A stretch of 61,610 nucleotides of DNA, counting the filler, from Sphacelaria rigidula (taxonomy: Eukaryota): the NCBI GenBank assembly GCA_964200075.2. It is 6 parts of 6 records of this genome, joined end to end, with 100 filler letters (N's around TTAATTAATTAA, not from the genome) between each part and the next. Parts side by side here need not be neighbours in the genome. Positions count along the whole stretch, not along the records: positions 51,428 to 61,610 come from CAXNAA020006976.1; 5 more parts are not named here. One strand, 5' to 3'. This document shows, piece by piece, positions 59,737 to 61,610 of the stretch (positions are counted from its first letter, which is position 1; every line of letters begins with the position of its first letter). The notes under the pieces were generated by a model that saw only the letters and a program-made list of their open reading frames with translations, was not told the DNA's origin and did no database searches. The position numbers were made by a program, and so were the translations under genes.

Positions 59737-61610
59737 GGCAGCAGTGGCAACTGCTGCTGCAGCGACAACAGGTACGTACTGGTGACAGTGATGACGACTT
59801 GTACTACTCAGATTACGACAGTGGATCATCTCTTTGCGGAAGCCATGATGATGCTGATGAAGCCAACACCCGGACACCATCCGGCGGGCGGCAGCTGCAA
59901 CGGACATACGCCTCCTTAGCTGTGCAGGAAGATGAGGAAATGGACAGCGACGACGAGCAAAACGGGCAAGACTATCGTCGTAGCCACGCCACTGATGATG
60001 ACGATGAAGCCGATGACAGTGATGACGATGGCGAAGAAGATCATCGTGGTGGTGACGATGATAACAGCGATGATGACAATGACGATGAAGAAGAGAGGGA
60101 CGACGACGACGACGACGACCGTGACGATAATGACGATGACGATGGAGACGACGACGAAGATGATGAAGAAAGCGACAACAATGTCGATGGCGGCGACGAC
60201 GAGGACAGTCACGGTGGCCGCAACAATGGTGACGACGACGATGATGACGATGACGGACGGTCTCCCTCACTGCAACGGCTAGCGGCCAACTTAAAGAAGT
60301 TGATTAAATATGAATCCGAGGAGCGCCGTCGTCAGGGAGTGGAAGAGGGCAGCGGTTATGACGATAGCAGCAGGCCAAATGCGGCAGAGGAAAAGAAATC
60401 CGACAAAGAAGACGACGAGGAAGAAAATGCCAGGGGCCATGGTGAAGGCGGGACTGACAGCGTAGGTAGTGCGGATAGCGAGGGAGAGGACGAGGTGAGA
60501 TATGGTAGGTTCACGACGAAGGTATGGTCGGCGGGAACTTCCTTAATCGAATCGATGGTATTTGCGCGTGGTTTCTCTATATGCCATAATGCTGCGTTCA
60601 TGTCACGGCATAGTAGCCAAGAAAGCAAATACCGGGTATTAACGTCCGACAGGGATAGGAATCACCAGGTAGCCTGCAAATGTTGCCTATCCAGTTGTCG
60701 TCTATGGTATACATAAGATACCAGTTCTGTTGATGATAACCTGCATAAGAGCACTCATTCGGTATAAGGGAACGCCCAGTCCCGACTGGGAGGTCAGAAC
60801 TTCTTGAAAGCGTCCGTAACATACCTTCTGACGTCGACACCTCAACGTCACGGTAACGTCCACCGTACGCAACTTGTGCCCAAAGCGTTCGGATGACGCC
60901 TCTGCGATTGCACGAAGGGTCGTTGTGAGGTGAACGTGCTGAGACAAGTTGAGGTAGCCGATTGAACATTTCTCCTGATGATGAGCACTACCGTGAGAAG
61001 ATTGCGCTGGAAACGGCTGGGCATGTAAGCCGCCATGTAGTTTGCTTCACTGACTTTTTGTTGGCGATCCCATCGTCAAATTCACCTTTTTTGCGCCAAT
61101 GTTGAACGACGACAGCACCTGCTCCTCAACCATTCATATTTTCCAATAGCTTACATTTTGTTTTCAAGATGTGAAAACCAAGCTGGTTTCTTGTGCTGTC
61201 GGGGTCGCTCACTCGAAAGCACCCGGTGCTGTGTGTCCGGCTAGCGATCCGGTGGGCGAAGGAGTCGACATAGCAACGGAGCGTGGCCCTGTGTCTGCTT
61301 CGCCATGGCACAAATTATCAAGGGACGGGGGACAGATTGACAAAGAGAATATAGACCACTGGTGTACTATCGACAGCATCTTGCAAGTTTACCCGGCGGC
61401 TTTGGTCTCATCAGGCGATACTTCATAGCAAGCATCTTAGCCATTCATCGTAAGAAAAGGATGGAGATTTGCAGGAAATATTACGCTATTATATCCGCCG
61501 CGGGACAAGATGGAGCTCCGATGGGTGTGGCAGAACATGGCTGACTAATGCCGAGATAGCCCCCCCACAAAATGTGCACCGGCACCATCCAACGAACCGG
61601 CTGCGATCCC
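59085..61610 (+). pseudogene. Mutator-like (MULE/MuDR) transposase pseudogene with poly-Q and Asp-rich N-terminus
   Basis: KYRVLTSDRDR..VACKC..C.LW resembles the MuDR N-terminal domain. VSCAVGVAHSK / EGVDIA / DKENIDHW resemble the DDE core DG.HLK..GVD..EKE..SW. PHKMCT(R)H near 61565-61590 gives the CxxH motif after a frameshift. Many stops. Confidence 0.72.

Noticed and set aside
59659-60282. His/Arg-rich, Val/Ile-rich and Met/Thr-rich ORFs
   Set aside because: Alternative-frame and antisense readings of the (GAY)n acidic tract.

Overview
Repeat-rich eukaryotic DNA, most likely from a brown alga (inferred from the exon/intron style and repeat content; not verifiable here). The window is not one locus. 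It is six unrelated contigs of 10186, 10186, 10186, 10185, 10184 and 10183 bp, sorted by length and joined by identical 100-nt N44-TTAATTAATTAA-N44 linkers. Contig 1 holds four phase-consistent exons of a NUFIP1/Rsa1-like gene (two C2H2 fingers, NUFIP1 domain, CCCH finger) with TE-filled introns. Contig 2 holds decayed, intronless, possibly virus-like ORFs and a CACTA-ended MITE. Contig 3 hides a heavily decayed, intron-containing UvrD/PcrA-like helicase pseudogene that the ORF track misses, plus a CAAGG-ended element carrying a 29/40-bp phased array. Contig 4 is mostly MITEs and SINEs. Contig 5 holds a decayed Ty3/gypsy element (LTR, PBS, gag, protease, RT), a 43-bp phased array and a second long gag-like ORF. 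Contig 6 holds a decayed Mutator-like transposase and a truncated paralogue. The most unusual signal is a set of non-LTR retroposons that end in GAGTA(C/T) plus oligo(C) instead of poly(A) and stack head-to-tail behind each other's C tails. Several strictly periodic repeat/variable-spacer arrays inside transposon-like ends are also notable.
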